Counted from the first letter of the stretch, positions 26,479 to 37,328 are shown. The stretch: DNA of 64,000 nt from a virus (IMGVR_UViG_3300042507_004311:1796-65795), one strand, 5' to 3'. Notes: generated from the sequence alone by a model not told the origin. Made by a program: numbers and translations.

Positions 26479-27864
26479 ATGGCTTATGTACAAAGAACAA
26501 AAGATGAAATCTTAACAAGTTTACTTGCTAGAATGGTTGCTAGAAGCACAGTATCGGACATTGTAGAAGGAAGCGTTTTATATACGCTTATGAGTGCCAT
26601 AGCTGAACAGATTGCTGATTCAGAATATAAACTAGCAAAACTTAGGCAACAATTTACACTTACAAACACCAATGGGACAGATTTAGATGATCGTGCCTTG
26701 GAGATTGGTTTAACCCGTCTACCTGCAACCAATGCAACGGGCGTTATTACCTTAACAAGATCAAGTATTGGGGCAAGTTTAACACTAGATGCGGGCTTAA
26801 TCGTGGCAAACCCCAGTAATCAATCACTAGTTTATTACACAAGAGAACAAGCGGTATTTGCATCCAACAGCTTAACTACAAATGTGTCTATTATTGCGGG
26901 CATCTCAGGAGCGGTAGGCAATGCACTAAATAACTCAATCACAAGTTTACAGAATTTTCCTAGTCAAGTTATCGCTTGCACAAATACCAACGCTTTGACT
27001 AATGGGAATGATGAGGAAACAGATGATCAATTAAGAAATAGATGCAAGCAAGCAATCCAATCCCTAGCAAAAAGCCAACCCCAAGCCATAGAAACATTTG
27101 CTAAGTCCTACATAGCAACAGATGGCACAAGGGCAATTAATGCAAGTATCTATGAAAATGAGAATGTCCCCGCTTATTGTGAGCTTTTGATTGATGACGG
27201 TAGTGGCTTATATAACAATGTAACCACCGAAACAATTACTAGTACGTCTTTTTCTGTATATGGGGATCAAAGCCCCTTAATCATGCCTTTGTCTAATCCT
27301 ATCACAGATACATCTAATATTGTCCTCACAAGATCAAGAGGTAGCTTAGTGATTAATCCTAGTAAATATAGAATTGTGCATGAACGGGGGCTTGTGATCT
27401 TTATGGATCGTAGTGATTTGGTAGATGGTGACATAGTAACCACAAACGCATATACAATCTACACAGGGTTAATTAGTGAACTACAAAACTTGATTGAAGG
27501 TTCACCCGCTGATCCTATCAATAATCCCGGCCAAAGAGCGGTGGGCGTTCGTGTTCGTGTTCTACCTGCACCAATCACACTAGTATCTTTTGATCTACAG
27601 ATCACGGCATACAATGGAGTGGATTTAGTAGCCTTACAAGCACGACTTCAAGGCATTGCAACGGGCTTTGTAAATGCACTAGAAGCGGGGCAACCTTTAC
27701 TTATTGCACAACTCATTGATTCTTTGATGAATGATACAGATTTACAAAATGTTAAAGTATACTCAAGCGCTAGTTTAAATCTTAGTCCCGATATTTACCC
27801 AATCACACCAAGACACATTTTAAAGGCTGATACAATTAACTTGTTTGTCAGTACAAGGAGATAA
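26479..27864 (+). CDS. Baseplate J-like wedge protein
   Basis: 'GTDLDDRALEIGLTRLPATNATG', 'GAVGN', 'NGNDEETDDQLRNR'. Confidence 0.92.
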   Translation: MAYVQRTKDEILTSLLARMVARSTVSDIVEGSVLYTLMSAIAEQIADSEYKLAKLRQQFTLTNTNGTDLDDRALEIGLTRLPATNATGVITLTRSSIGASLTLDAGLIVANPSNQSLVYYTREQAVFASNSLTTNVSIIAGISGAVGNALNNSITSLQNFPSQVIACTNTNALTNGNDEETDDQLRNRCKQAIQSLAKSQPQAIETFAKSYIATDGTRAINASIYENENVPAYCELLIDDGSGLYNNVTTETITSTSFSVYGDQSPLIMPLSNPITDTSNIVLTRSRGSLVINPSKYRIVHERGLVIFMDRSDLVDGDIVTTNAYTIYTGLISELQNLIEGSPADPINNPGQRAVGVRVRVLPAPITLVSFDLQITAYNGVDLVALQARLQGIATGFVNALEAGQPLLIAQLIDSLMNDTDLQNVKVYSSASLNLSPDIYPITPRHILKADTINLFVSTRR

Positions 27865-27866
27865 AA

Positions 27867-29141
27867 ATGGATAAAATTAAAGTATACCCACAAGAACGCT
27901 TAGATATTGTTGATGTTGATGCTTTACAAACACTAGTTTATAACTATGTTCAAGAGGCTATGGGGTCGCTTATTGGCCCCGCAAGAGGTTGCTTATCTCA
28001 ACCCGGCGTTATTTTTACTAATGGAACACCTGATAAGATTTCTTTTACTGATTTTGCTTTTATCGCTAGTAAACCAATTGGCACCGCTCTTTTAGGTATC
28101 AAACAAAACAATTTTTCAACCCAAGTTGTCACATTTGACAGCACAAAACAAGATCATGGGAATTATCCCATTTCTTTAACAGGCGTTGATAATACCATGT
28201 TTCTTTGGGCGCGTCCCTTAATGGTTGATACTGATCTTGCTAATCGTAGAAAATGGGATGTTTCACAAGGTTCAGAAGTCACTTTTTCAGATGAAACCAG
28301 AACCCGCATGCGTGTTGAATTTGCTTTTAGTGCAACTGATCCAACGATTACAGGGGATGATTTCCAATACTCACCAATCGCAAAAGTAACTGCGATTACA
28401 GGGACTAGTATTAATTTAACTTTTATTTCCGCTTTTGATTCGGCTGATGCGCAAGCGGTAACAGGTGAGAGCGGTACTTTTTACGATAGTTCAAATACAA
28501 ATGCAACGGCGTTTAGTGGCATGCTTCCTACTTATGTATCAAATTCATATGATATCAATGTAGGTTTGTTAAGTGTTTTTCATGCTCTTGGTCGAATGGT
28601 GAGACAAATGCACGCAAAAGGGGAAAATGATCCAAGTGGTACAAGCACCCCCGCCCAATGGTATAACACACAGCCTAAAATCTCTTTGAATGGTGCATAC
28701 AAGGCAATTGATAAATTAGAAACAGATGTAAATTTCTTATTTCAACAAACATTCTTTAGGAATGTCGTACCTTTTGCATATTGGATTGTGGAAGGAAGCC
28801 CTAATGAAGCGTATAAATGGCGGGTTGTTCGTGGTACTACAACAATCATGAACGCCGTATTTAATATGTCATTTGAGTTAAGTATGACTGACGAAATGAA
28901 AATAGGTAACGGCTTCTTAGTAAATGGTTTTAGTATCCAACAAGCACGTGTATCTAATGTTTTAAATCGTGTTGTTGGTCAAATGGCATGGTTTAGCACC
29001 GCAACAAGTCATACTGATTGGCTTGGTGCGGATAGTAATCTACCTTCGTTTACATTCGATCTAAGCACTATTACAACATCGCACAATTTAAATGAGAAAA
29101 TTACACTATTGATCACTTTACATGGTCGCCCATTAATTTAA
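27867..29141 (+). CDS. Baseplate/tail structural protein
   Basis: 424-aa ORF in the baseplate operon. Confidence 0.6.
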   Translation: MDKIKVYPQERLDIVDVDALQTLVYNYVQEAMGSLIGPARGCLSQPGVIFTNGTPDKISFTDFAFIASKPIGTALLGIKQNNFSTQVVTFDSTKQDHGNYPISLTGVDNTMFLWARPLMVDTDLANRRKWDVSQGSEVTFSDETRTRMRVEFAFSATDPTITGDDFQYSPIAKVTAITGTSINLTFISAFDSADAQAVTGESGTFYDSSNTNATAFSGMLPTYVSNSYDINVGLLSVFHALGRMVRQMHAKGENDPSGTSTPAQWYNTQPKISLNGAYKAIDKLETDVNFLFQQTFFRNVVPFAYWIVEGSPNEAYKWRVVRGTTTIMNAVFNMSFELSMTDEMKIGNGFLVNGFSIQQARVSNVLNRVVGQMAWFSTATSHTDWLGADSNLPSFTFDLSTITTSHNLNEKITLLITLHGRPLI

Positions 29142-29152
29142 AGGATTAGTAA

Positions 29153-29899
29153 ATGGCAAACTTAGAGATAAGTCCATTATCCTCTTTGATTGGGGATGAT
29201 GGTGGTTATTTGATCTATGTAATCGGTGATTATTTCACAAATAACACAATTACAAATGATCAAGAGATTAAGATTAGGTTAAAGAATACAAGTACGCTTG
29301 CTTTTACTCAGTATCTTTATTCATGCCTACCCGGTCAGGGCGTCAAATGCCAAGTACAAAGGGGGCAATATGTTCTATGTTCATCGCCTATCTTAGAACC
29401 CGGAATATATGATCTAGTTTTAAGCTATGGCGTGCAAGATTATACAGTATCGGCAGGCGTGCAAGTAAAGCGCAGACTAAGAAACCTTGAAACCTATGAA
29501 CTACGGGCATCCCTTCCCCCTTTGTATAAGGCGGGGGAACGCCTATTAAATCAAGATACGTTGTTTTCATATGCTAGTACTTCACTTGATACAGATGATC
29601 TTGGCGTACTAGAAGCATTGACTTCGTGCATAGGTCAAGAGTTGAACACACTAAAAGGAATAGGGAAAACAAGGGTCACAGATACAACACTACTTTCTGA
29701 GATTATTGGGTCAAGTGATGATGTTTTACTTAAGCTAGAAAGTAATCTAGGGTTAGATGTGGATCAAGTGATCTTTGTACAGGGCATTAAATGCTTGGTT
29801 ACTAGTATTGCAGGCAATGCCGTCTATGTGCAAACAGAACAACCATACAGCACAATTCAAAAAGGGGCGGAGGTGAGCTATGCTACTATCACAAATTGA
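29153..29899 (+). CDS. Baseplate-associated protein (Ig/IPT-like N-terminus)
   Basis: 'EISPLS...GGYLIYVIGDYF...SPILEPGIYDLVL' is an IPT/TIG-like pattern. Confidence 0.5.
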   Translation: MANLEISPLSSLIGDDGGYLIYVIGDYFTNNTITNDQEIKIRLKNTSTLAFTQYLYSCLPGQGVKCQVQRGQYVLCSSPILEPGIYDLVLSYGVQDYTVSAGVQVKRRLRNLETYELRASLPPLYKAGERLLNQDTLFSYASTSLDTDDLGVLEALTSCIGQELNTLKGIGKTRVTDTTLLSEIIGSSDDVLLKLESNLGLDVDQVIFVQGIKCLVTSIAGNAVYVQTEQPYSTIQKGAEVSYATITN

Positions 29900-30791
29900 C
29901 AAAGCAAGACATTCAACCATTTTCACAAGTGCAACTAGTACCGACTTAGATAGACTTAGTTTTTTCTATGATCTTGCTCGCCCCGCTTCTTTTCCCCGTG
30001 CTTATTGGGCAAAAGTCATGCAGGCGATTATTTACCAACCAAAAGGCACTTATCCCCAACTTTTTAACGCGTTATATTGGTTATTTAAGCCATGGATTGA
30101 TCAAGAAACTTATGAGGATGTTTTAATCAATGTAAATGGGCGTTTTGCCTTGCCTACAGGTGACATCTCAGACGGTAGGGTTCATAAGCTAATTCGTGTT
30201 ACTCTTAGCGATGGATCAAGTAAGATTTATATGGTTCGTTCTATACATGAAGCAGGGACGCCCCCTATCGTGGTTAGAACTTACCAACTTGTTACTAGTC
30301 CAACAATGAATAATCCTATGTTTCAAGCATACACAACAGGGCAAAGCACCACAGTAAAACAAATGGAATTTCTACCCTTTTTAATCTTTGAAACAACAAG
30401 CGGGGGACTTGGTAACCAAAACCAAGCAAACGATTTAAAGAATGGCAAATTTACAATCTACCTTGATTCTACACTAGCAAAAGCACCGCCCACATATTTA
30501 AAAGAGGATGGGGAAGAACGGGATGAAGGTGAACCATTTGGCGGGCAACTTTTAAACCTGTTTGATCTTGATCCAGATACAGAGGACTATGGCAATCAAA
30601 TCACTGGGCCTTTTCCGCTTTATTTAGGCGGTACAAATTTAGATGGTGTGTTTGGTACTATTCTAAAAAAGTGCATTGTTGCAGGAATCAAATATGAAGT
30701 ACTAAGTCAAGATTGGGATACCTCGCTTGAGTATCAATCACTAAGTATCTATGCACAACAAGGACTTTTCCCATTTCCACCTAAGATTTAG
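29880..30791 (+). CDS. Baseplate wedge protein (gpI-like)
   Basis: 'IFTSATSTDLDRLSFFYDLARP...PKGT' pattern; last gene of the tail operon. Confidence 0.55.
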   Translation: MLLSQIDKARHSTIFTSATSTDLDRLSFFYDLARPASFPRAYWAKVMQAIIYQPKGTYPQLFNALYWLFKPWIDQETYEDVLINVNGRFALPTGDISDGRVHKLIRVTLSDGSSKIYMVRSIHEAGTPPIVVRTYQLVTSPTMNNPMFQAYTTGQSTTVKQMEFLPFLIFETTSGGLGNQNQANDLKNGKFTIYLDSTLAKAPPTYLKEDGEERDEGEPFGGQLLNLFDLDPDTEDYGNQITGPFPLYLGGTNLDGVFGTILKKCIVAGIKYEVLSQDWDTSLEYQSLSIYAQQGLFPFPPKI

Positions 30792-30794
30792 TTA

Positions 30795-31060
30795 AGATTA
30801 GGGGGGATTAGGGGAGATGTTTTTATAAATCCCCCCTAAAAATTTATCAATAAATACAATGACTTACGGAGATGGTGAAGATAGTGAAGATGTTTTAAGC
30901 ATTTCATTTATCTTGGTAATATATACATACATAGGATTCATATGTGTATTGTGTATATATAGGAGCAAGGGAAAAATGAATAATATCGTCATCATCCCCA
31001 TAAGTATATGAAATTAAAAAGAAAGATGTGATTAAGATCTTTTTTCAAATCCCCCCTGAT
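30795..31060. repeat. Iteron-like/inverted-repeat region upstream of primase (candidate origin 1)
   Basis: TAGGGGGGAT/ATCCCCCCTA inverted pair and GATGGTGAAGATAGTGAAGAT tandem around an AT-rich core; homologous to 56957-57267. Confidence 0.55.
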
Positions 31061-31069
31061 CTTTTTAAA

Positions 31070-31111
31070 TTGACAGATTAGCTTTTTTCCTATATTTTAG
31101 ATCAACCTTAA
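31070..31111 (+). promoter_or_regulatory. Sigma70-type promoter with ACCTTAA leader
   Basis: TTGACA-17-TATTTT-6-ACCTTAATCC, then AGGAG RBS. Confidence 0.65.
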
Positions 31112-31128
31112 TCCATATAGGAGAAACT

Positions 31129-34100
31129 ATGACAACCCGCACAGGTTTATTTTATCCTTATCTCTCTGAACAAGATTTAAATGCTTGGTATTCTGAACCC
31201 CTCGCATGTTCTGTTTTGCCAAATCTCAAAGTCAAGGCCGGCCAATATGGTCAAGTCTATCATATGGACTTGAAACAAGCGCTTAGAACCCTCTTTAAGA
31301 CAGATGCACAAATGCAACCCGCCCACGCTTCACAATTGATCAAAAGCGATGGGCAAACATGGCGTTTATCTGTTGACCAATTGAAAGATGTTCAAGTACA
31401 GATTGATTTCATTGCTCTTGATTTTGATGCCAAGCAAATGGACAACCCTCGTGAAAAATGGGCATGGTCAAATGATGATTTCACCGCTTGCGTTGTATCT
31501 TGGTCAAGTCACCCAATTCTTGGCAATTCATTGACCTACAAGACTAAGCACGGCCTTCGTTGTATCATCCCATTAGAAGCGCCTTTTATCTTGGATAAGG
31601 ATTTAAAGGGCAAAGATTGGGAAAAGGTTTATGAACAGATTTTAGCCATGCTTCCAAAGTCAACTTATGGGGCGTTTGATGTGTCTTGTGATACAGTGGT
31701 AAAAACTTACCGCCTGCCCCAAGTTGTGAGAGAAAAAGAACCTTTACAATCTTTTTTCTATGTCCCAAATAAACAATATGTTCATAAGTTCGACCGATTA
31801 AGTCTATTCTCTGATATTTCCTACATCACAGCACAAAGACAAAGCATTAGGGGCGTGAATAATGGCGTGATCGAAGTGTTCAAAGCAAGCAATTTATATC
31901 TTGAACCAATGAACAAACAAATCAATGGTGAATTAGTTCATAGGGTTCAATGTCCATGGCATACATTACATTCATCCACAGATGACAAAAGCACCGCAAG
32001 CGTTCTTTTCCTTGGTGATAATGGGTGGGTGTTCAATTGTATGCACGCGTCTTGTAAAGCTGAGCGCACAAAGCCCAATGCCTTAAGGAATAAATTCCCT
32101 AGAGAATGGGGCGATTTTGTACAAGATGGCTTTGAATTTGAATATGATAGCACAGATGGGCAAGGCATCATCAAAAACTTAGTAGAGATTCTTAAATCTG
32201 CTAAAGAAGCCCCTTTTTACCAAAGAGGCCATGATATTGTTCGCGTCAAGATGAACGCTGAAATTGACCAAGAAGTCATGTATATCCCAAGCGTTGAAGA
32301 AATCACAGGGTACATTTTACAATTCTCTAAGTTCTATACGGTCAAGGTAAACAAAGAGGGGATGACAAGAAATTACATAGCGCTGCAAACAAACACAATT
32401 AAGACTTATTACGCATATATCAAAGATGAACTTCCACGCATTGAGGGGATTACTAGCCTGCCACCTATCAACAACGCTTTTGAACCCTTACAAGCACATA
32501 AAGGCTTTTGCGAAGCTCAAGCATGTTTCTATGCACCTGTAAAGCATTTTAATGCGAGTTCTCTTTTAAATATTCCCTCTAGTATTAAAGAGGCTAAGGC
32601 GTCCGCATTACGATTACTAGATTTGTTTTGTGATTTCCCATTCGCACAAGAATCATATCGTCTTATGGCACTAGCAACGCTTTTCACAGCGGGATTTAGA
32701 AAGAAAATTGATGCTCCCGCCCCCTTGTTTCTAGTATCTGCCAATTCAAAAGCAACGGGGAAAACTACATTTATTCAAACAGCTTTAGCGGGTGTATATG
32801 GTATCAAGCACCCATCAATCATCATCCCCCCAGAGAAAACAGAGGAACTTGAAAAGCGCTTAGATGGCCTTCTTTTAAGTGGTGAAGATTATATAGTGAT
32901 TGACAATATCACCAATTCACTAGGAACAGGCGGGCTTGATGCTATGCTAACAAGTACCGTATATAAAACCCGTAGACTTGGTTCAAGTGAGATGACATCT
33001 GTAAAGATTAAAACATTCTTTGCGGGAACTGCAAACAATGCCGTTCTTAAAGCTGATACAGATAGACGCGTTATCACTGTTCGACTAGTATCTGATCTTG
33101 ATAACCCCGCTGAACGAAGCGACTTTAAACACAAAGACATTGTGAGTTATGCTTCTCAAAATACTAGTTCTATTTGGCGGGACATGCTTACTATTCAAAA
33201 GAGTTTTCAAGAACATGCTGATCTTGATGCCTTGAGTATTGAACTTAGTTCAATAGGCAGTTTTACCGAATGGGCTGATTGGGTTCAATATCCTGTTGCA
33301 TGGGTTGGAAAGCTGCTAGGATTTGAAAAGATTGATATTGTTGAAATGTCCCGCTCTGAAATTGTATCAAGGGAAAATGATGATCTTTCAAATCTTTTTC
33401 AATCTTTATACGCCTATCAAAAAGATGTGGGTGTTGGTCAAACTTGGACAAGTCAAGACTTATTAAACGCTCTCAAGACTAAGAAACAAGATGATTCACA
33501 TCTTGAAATGCTACAAGAAACTTTATTACTGGGCGTTTCTCTTAATATTGTTAATTTAGGTCGTAGATTGATGCGTTATAAAGATAAAGTCTGCAACGGC
33601 TATAAGTTACAATTACATAGATTACCCGGTAGAAATAACGCTTTTAGTCTTGTAAAGGTATCACCCCCAAGAAAAGAAACCTTGCCAACAGACTTTACAC
33701 AATACCCAACGCCAAAGGTTGAGGCACAAGCACCAATACAACAAGCACAAGCACCAATACAACAAGCACAAGTAAAAGCGCTTGAGAGTGTACAAGTCGA
33801 CCCCCTACAAGCGATTTTACAAGCATGTGGATATAAAGAGGATACAGACAAAAAGCAAGCATGTAACTTTTTACAAGCGGGCAATAATTGCGGGCTTTCT
33901 AGTGATCGTTGTGAGGCTGAATTTATTTATCAAATACAAGAACCTGTCAAACAAGAACCCATCAAACAAGAACCCATAGAGGAAGAAACACAATTGTTTA
34001 ATGTTCCCTCTATTGATCCTTTAACACGCGTATTCACTGAGCAATTAAAACTTAGATTATCCACACTACTCAAAGAACTTAAGAAACCCGCTGAAATCGT

Positions 34101-34497
34101 GGATATCCTGATTAAAGAGAATTTCCCAGTTGATAAAAACAAATGGACAAGCATAAAAGTGAATAAAGCGATCGAGTTCTTTGGCCTTAGCAAAGAGAAA
34201 AAGAGCGGGGCGGAGTTGAAACTTGAAAAGCGTGGTGTTTATGATCATAGGTGGCTTCAAGGTTTCCCTACAACAAGAGTTTCTAAAGAAGTCTATTTAT
34301 CACAGTATGCGGAAGGCGTTCCAATGGGCGGGGTGACTTGTGACGCAAATAGCACTAAAAAGAGTATCAAATTTGATGCTAATGATTTGATCAAAAGCGT
34401 TCTAGGCGTTAGCAGCGTCAAAGATGCACTTGCTAAAGCGACAACCCCCGAACAAAGAGAACAGGCATCAAAAGAAAAGTACGGTGATAAAGAATAA
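31129..34497 (+). CDS. Primase-helicase (AEP-like primase + Zn finger + P-loop helicase)
   Basis: 'FIALDFD' (DxD), 'YKTKHGLR', Zn-binding 'CPWHTLH...FNCMHASC', Walker A 'ANSKATGKTT', Walker B 'IVIDNI', 'DTDRR'. Confidence 0.85.
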   Translation: MTTRTGLFYPYLSEQDLNAWYSEPLACSVLPNLKVKAGQYGQVYHMDLKQALRTLFKTDAQMQPAHASQLIKSDGQTWRLSVDQLKDVQVQIDFIALDFDAKQMDNPREKWAWSNDDFTACVVSWSSHPILGNSLTYKTKHGLRCIIPLEAPFILDKDLKGKDWEKVYEQILAMLPKSTYGAFDVSCDTVVKTYRLPQVVREKEPLQSFFYVPNKQYVHKFDRLSLFSDISYITAQRQSIRGVNNGVIEVFKASNLYLEPMNKQINGELVHRVQCPWHTLHSSTDDKSTASVLFLGDNGWVFNCMHASCKAERTKPNALRNKFPREWGDFVQDGFEFEYDSTDGQGIIKNLVEILKSAKEAPFYQRGHDIVRVKMNAEIDQEVMYIPSVEEITGYILQFSKFYTVKVNKEGMTRNYIALQTNTIKTYYAYIKDELPRIEGITSLPPINNAFEPLQAHKGFCEAQACFYAPVKHFNASSLLNIPSSIKEAKASALRLLDLFCDFPFAQESYRLMALATLFTAGFRKKIDAPAPLFLVSANSKATGKTTFIQTALAGVYGIKHPSIIIPPEKTEELEKRLDGLLLSGEDYIVIDNITNSLGTGGLDAMLTSTVYKTRRLGSSEMTSVKIKTFFAGTANNAVLKADTDRRVITVRLVSDLDNPAERSDFKHKDIVSYASQNTSSIWRDMLTIQKSFQEHADLDALSIELSSIGSFTEWADWVQYPVAWVGKLLGFEKIDIVEMSRSEIVSRENDDLSNLFQSLYAYQKDVGVGQTWTSQDLLNALKTKKQDDSHLEMLQETLLLGVSLNIVNLGRRLMRYKDKVCNGYKLQLHRLPGRNNAFSLVKVSPPRKETLPTDFTQYPTPKVEAQAPIQQAQAPIQQAQVKALESVQVDPLQAILQACGYKEDTDKKQACNFLQAGNNCGLSSDRCEAEFIYQIQEPVKQEPIKQEPIEEETQLFNVPSIDPLTRVFTEQLKLRLSTLLKELKKPAEIVDILIKENFPVDKNKWTSIKVNKAIEFFGLSKEKKSGAELKLEKRGVYDHRWLQGFPTTRVSKEVYLSQYAEGVPMGGVTCDANSTKKSIKFDANDLIKSVLGVSSVKDALAKATTPEQREQASKEKYGDKE

Positions 34498-35648
34498 TGG
34501 GCGAATTTAAGCATGTTTCCGCATCACAGATTAAAACTTATCTTGATTGCCCCCGCAAGTGGTATCTTCAAAAGATTGTAGGTTTGCCAAGTCCATCTAG
34601 TCCATCCACTGAGCTAGGTAAAGAAATCCATAGCGTCATTGAGGCCTATTTTAGAGATGGCTTAGATATCCCTGATTCGGATATTGGGCAAATTGCCAAG
34701 CGTGGGCTTGAGTTTCTCCCAAATCCTAGTGAGGATTTATCAATAGAACTAGGTATTCATGAGGCACTACCAATTAAAGAATCCCCTATTCCCATTATGG
34801 GATTTATTGACTTGCTCCATAAGGGTCAGGGGTTTGTAAGAATCATTGACCATAAAACCACAAGTTCAAAGAAGTATACAAAGACTTCAAAAGAATTGGG
34901 TTATGATGTTCAAATGAATATCTATGCTAAGGCCGTTTTTGACAATATGCCAATGCTTGAACAGGTTGAACTTGTGCATGTGTACTATGGTACAAAAACG
35001 CCCTCTTGGTCATCTAGTGTTTCATATGTACTTACTAGACAAGAGAACGAAGAGCAATTTATCGAGATTGTAAAAACTATTGACAAGATGAAATTGGATG
35101 CTATAAAGGAAGAAACCACTATTGAAAAGAACTTAGATTCTTGTTTCAAGTTTGGCGGTTGCCCTTATCGCTCCGAATGTCTTTTAAAAAGAAAAGAGAT
35201 TGACACTATGACACAGACACAAGGCCAAGACCTAGCAAGCAAGTTAGGACTCACAGCACCAAAAACACAAGTTGCACCAGTTGCACCAGTTGCCCCCCAA
35301 GTAGAGGCTAAGATTCAATCACAAATTGAAAAACCTTTAGCAATTGTTCCACCATATGAACGCCGATCATTGTTTATTGGTTGTATGCCACAAAAAAGCA
35401 CCATCGCCCCCATATCATTCTATGAAGCGTTTAAAGAAGAAATTCAGATGATTTGTACTCAGTTTCAAGTGTTTCATTTATCTCAAGTTGATTATGGGAA
35501 AGGGTGGAATGCTTTCCAATCGTTACTAGCTTCACAAGGTTGGTCAAAGACAACAGCAAGCATCTACATTGATCCAATGAGTGATGAATATACAAGAGTA
35601 GGAAGTCTTTTAATTGCCAATGCAAACACAGTAATTCGAAGAGTCTAA
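34497..35648 (+). CDS. PD-(D/E)XK exonuclease (RecB/Cas4-like)
   Basis: 'SASQIKTYLDCPRKW', 'GKEIH', 'GFIDL', 'IIDHKT', 'QMNIY', 'CFKFGGCPYRSEC'. Confidence 0.9.
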   Translation: MGEFKHVSASQIKTYLDCPRKWYLQKIVGLPSPSSPSTELGKEIHSVIEAYFRDGLDIPDSDIGQIAKRGLEFLPNPSEDLSIELGIHEALPIKESPIPIMGFIDLLHKGQGFVRIIDHKTTSSKKYTKTSKELGYDVQMNIYAKAVFDNMPMLEQVELVHVYYGTKTPSWSSSVSYVLTRQENEEQFIEIVKTIDKMKLDAIKEETTIEKNLDSCFKFGGCPYRSECLLKRKEIDTMTQTQGQDLASKLGLTAPKTQVAPVAPVAPQVEAKIQSQIEKPLAIVPPYERRSLFIGCMPQKSTIAPISFYEAFKEEIQMICTQFQVFHLSQVDYGKGWNAFQSLLASQGWSKTTASIYIDPMSDEYTRVGSLLIANANTVIRRV

Positions 35649-35655
35649 TATAAAA

Positions 35656-37287
35656 ATGATTGCTACTGAATGGGAACGGTTAAAATTAGTTCCCCTAGAT
35701 AAAATTGAACATAATCAAGATTTAACAAAATACCTAAAGAAACCAGAAGGCAAACAAACGCTTAGGCCTATTCAAAATGAAATGTTATGGCAAGCAATTG
35801 ATCGAAAAGGTTTACTAGGATTTGTTGCATGTGGTGAAGGTAAAACACTAGTATCTATGCTTCTCCCTACTGTTTTAAGATCGGAACGCCCGCTTTTATT
35901 GCTGCCTGCGTTCATGATTACTCAACATCTCTCAGATAGAACTGCGTATGGGCAACATTGGGATTTTAAAGATATGAAAGTTTTATCTTATGAAACCCTT
36001 AGTTCTCCCAAGCGATTAAAAGAGCTTGAGGATTATGCCCCCGATCTTATTATATGCGATGAAGCGCATTGTTTACGCAATTTAAAGAGTGCAAGAGTAA
36101 GACGACTAGATAACTATATGATCAAGTTTATGCCTAAATTTTGCGCTTTAAGTGGCACATTGGTCGCAAGATCAATCAGTGACTATTCGCATTTGGCATC
36201 TTGGGCGTTGGGGGTTTATTCCCCAATTCCTAGGATTGCCCAGATCGTACAAGAATGGTGCTTATGTATAGAGGAAGGACTTCCATCTAAGTTAGTAAGC
36301 AATATTGTTAAGGGTGGATCAAAAGACGAGTATTTAGCACGCTTACAAAGATCAAAAGGGATTGTTATTACTAAGAGTCAAGAGGTTGGGGCATCATTGA
36401 TTATCAACAAAGAAAAAATTAGCATGCCTACTAGTCTTAAAAAGAGTATTGCAATCGCTATGAGTACGGGGGATATCGTAAGCGCAACGAATGAGATACT
36501 TGATAATGAACAGCTTGAAGCCATGTTTCAATCAAGCGATTTATGGACGCCAAAAGATTCATTTATGCTTAGAGTATGGGGGCAAATCTCTTGCGGGTTT
36601 GTGTATACGTGGGATTGGGAAGATAGAGAAATTGATCAACAATGGATTGAGTACAAAAGGGCGTGGGGGCGTGCTTCTTTTCAAATGCTTGAACGATCAA
36701 GTTTTGATAGTGTTTCTTTGATTTCACAGTATGCAGAAACCCCCCAAGCGCCTAAATCTCTTGCGATTGCATGGCAAAATTGGAAAAGTGTAAAAGATAG
36801 AGAACCCCCTAAGACAAAAGCGATTTGGCTTGATACATATCTTATTGACTTTGTGAAAAAGTGGACGCTTGAACAGTCTGAACCTGTTTTAATATGGTGC
36901 GCATATTCCGCCCTAGCGCATAAGCTCAAAGAGGCTTTGAATTGTGAGATGTATGGTGCAGGTGACGAGGATGCTAAAAGATTGGATACAAATAAACACA
37001 TAGCACATACGGCAATCATGAGTATTCAAGCACATGGCACAGGGAAGAATTTACAATCTTGGCACAATCAAATCATCGTTCACCCATTAGCACACCCCAG
37101 CACTTGGGAACAATTACTAGCAAGAACACACAGACCGGGGCAATTGGCGGATGAAGTGCATATGTCAATTTTAAACATGGGATTATTTGCTAAAGCGTTT
37201 AATAAGGCTTTGAAAGATGCCCAATATATCCAAGATACAACAGGGCAAAAACAAAGATTGATCTATGCAACAAAGAATAATAAATAA
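35656..37287 (+). CDS. SF2 (SNF2-like) DNA helicase
   Basis: 'LRPIQ', 'CGEGKT', 'ICDEAH', 'LSGT', 'GTGKNLQ', 'QLLARTHRPGQ'. Confidence 0.9.
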   Translation: MIATEWERLKLVPLDKIEHNQDLTKYLKKPEGKQTLRPIQNEMLWQAIDRKGLLGFVACGEGKTLVSMLLPTVLRSERPLLLLPAFMITQHLSDRTAYGQHWDFKDMKVLSYETLSSPKRLKELEDYAPDLIICDEAHCLRNLKSARVRRLDNYMIKFMPKFCALSGTLVARSISDYSHLASWALGVYSPIPRIAQIVQEWCLCIEEGLPSKLVSNIVKGGSKDEYLARLQRSKGIVITKSQEVGASLIINKEKISMPTSLKKSIAIAMSTGDIVSATNEILDNEQLEAMFQSSDLWTPKDSFMLRVWGQISCGFVYTWDWEDREIDQQWIEYKRAWGRASFQMLERSSFDSVSLISQYAETPQAPKSLAIAWQNWKSVKDREPPKTKAIWLDTYLIDFVKKWTLEQSEPVLIWCAYSALAHKLKEALNCEMYGAGDEDAKRLDTNKHIAHTAIMSIQAHGTGKNLQSWHNQIIVHPLAHPSTWEQLLARTHRPGQLADEVHMSILNMGLFAKAFNKALKDAQYIQDTTGQKQRLIYATKNNK

Positions 37288-37300
37288 TTTGTAAAAATAT

Positions 37301-37328
37301 TTGACAAGTTAGAAAACTATGCTAAATT
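37301..37328 (+). promoter_or_regulatory. Sigma70-type promoter for SSB-like gene
   Basis: TTGACA-16-TAAATT with TG extended -10. Confidence 0.7.

Noticed and set aside
34497-35648. Cas4-like nuclease as evidence of a CRISPR system
   Set aside because: No array or other cas genes; standard phage replication-module exonuclease.
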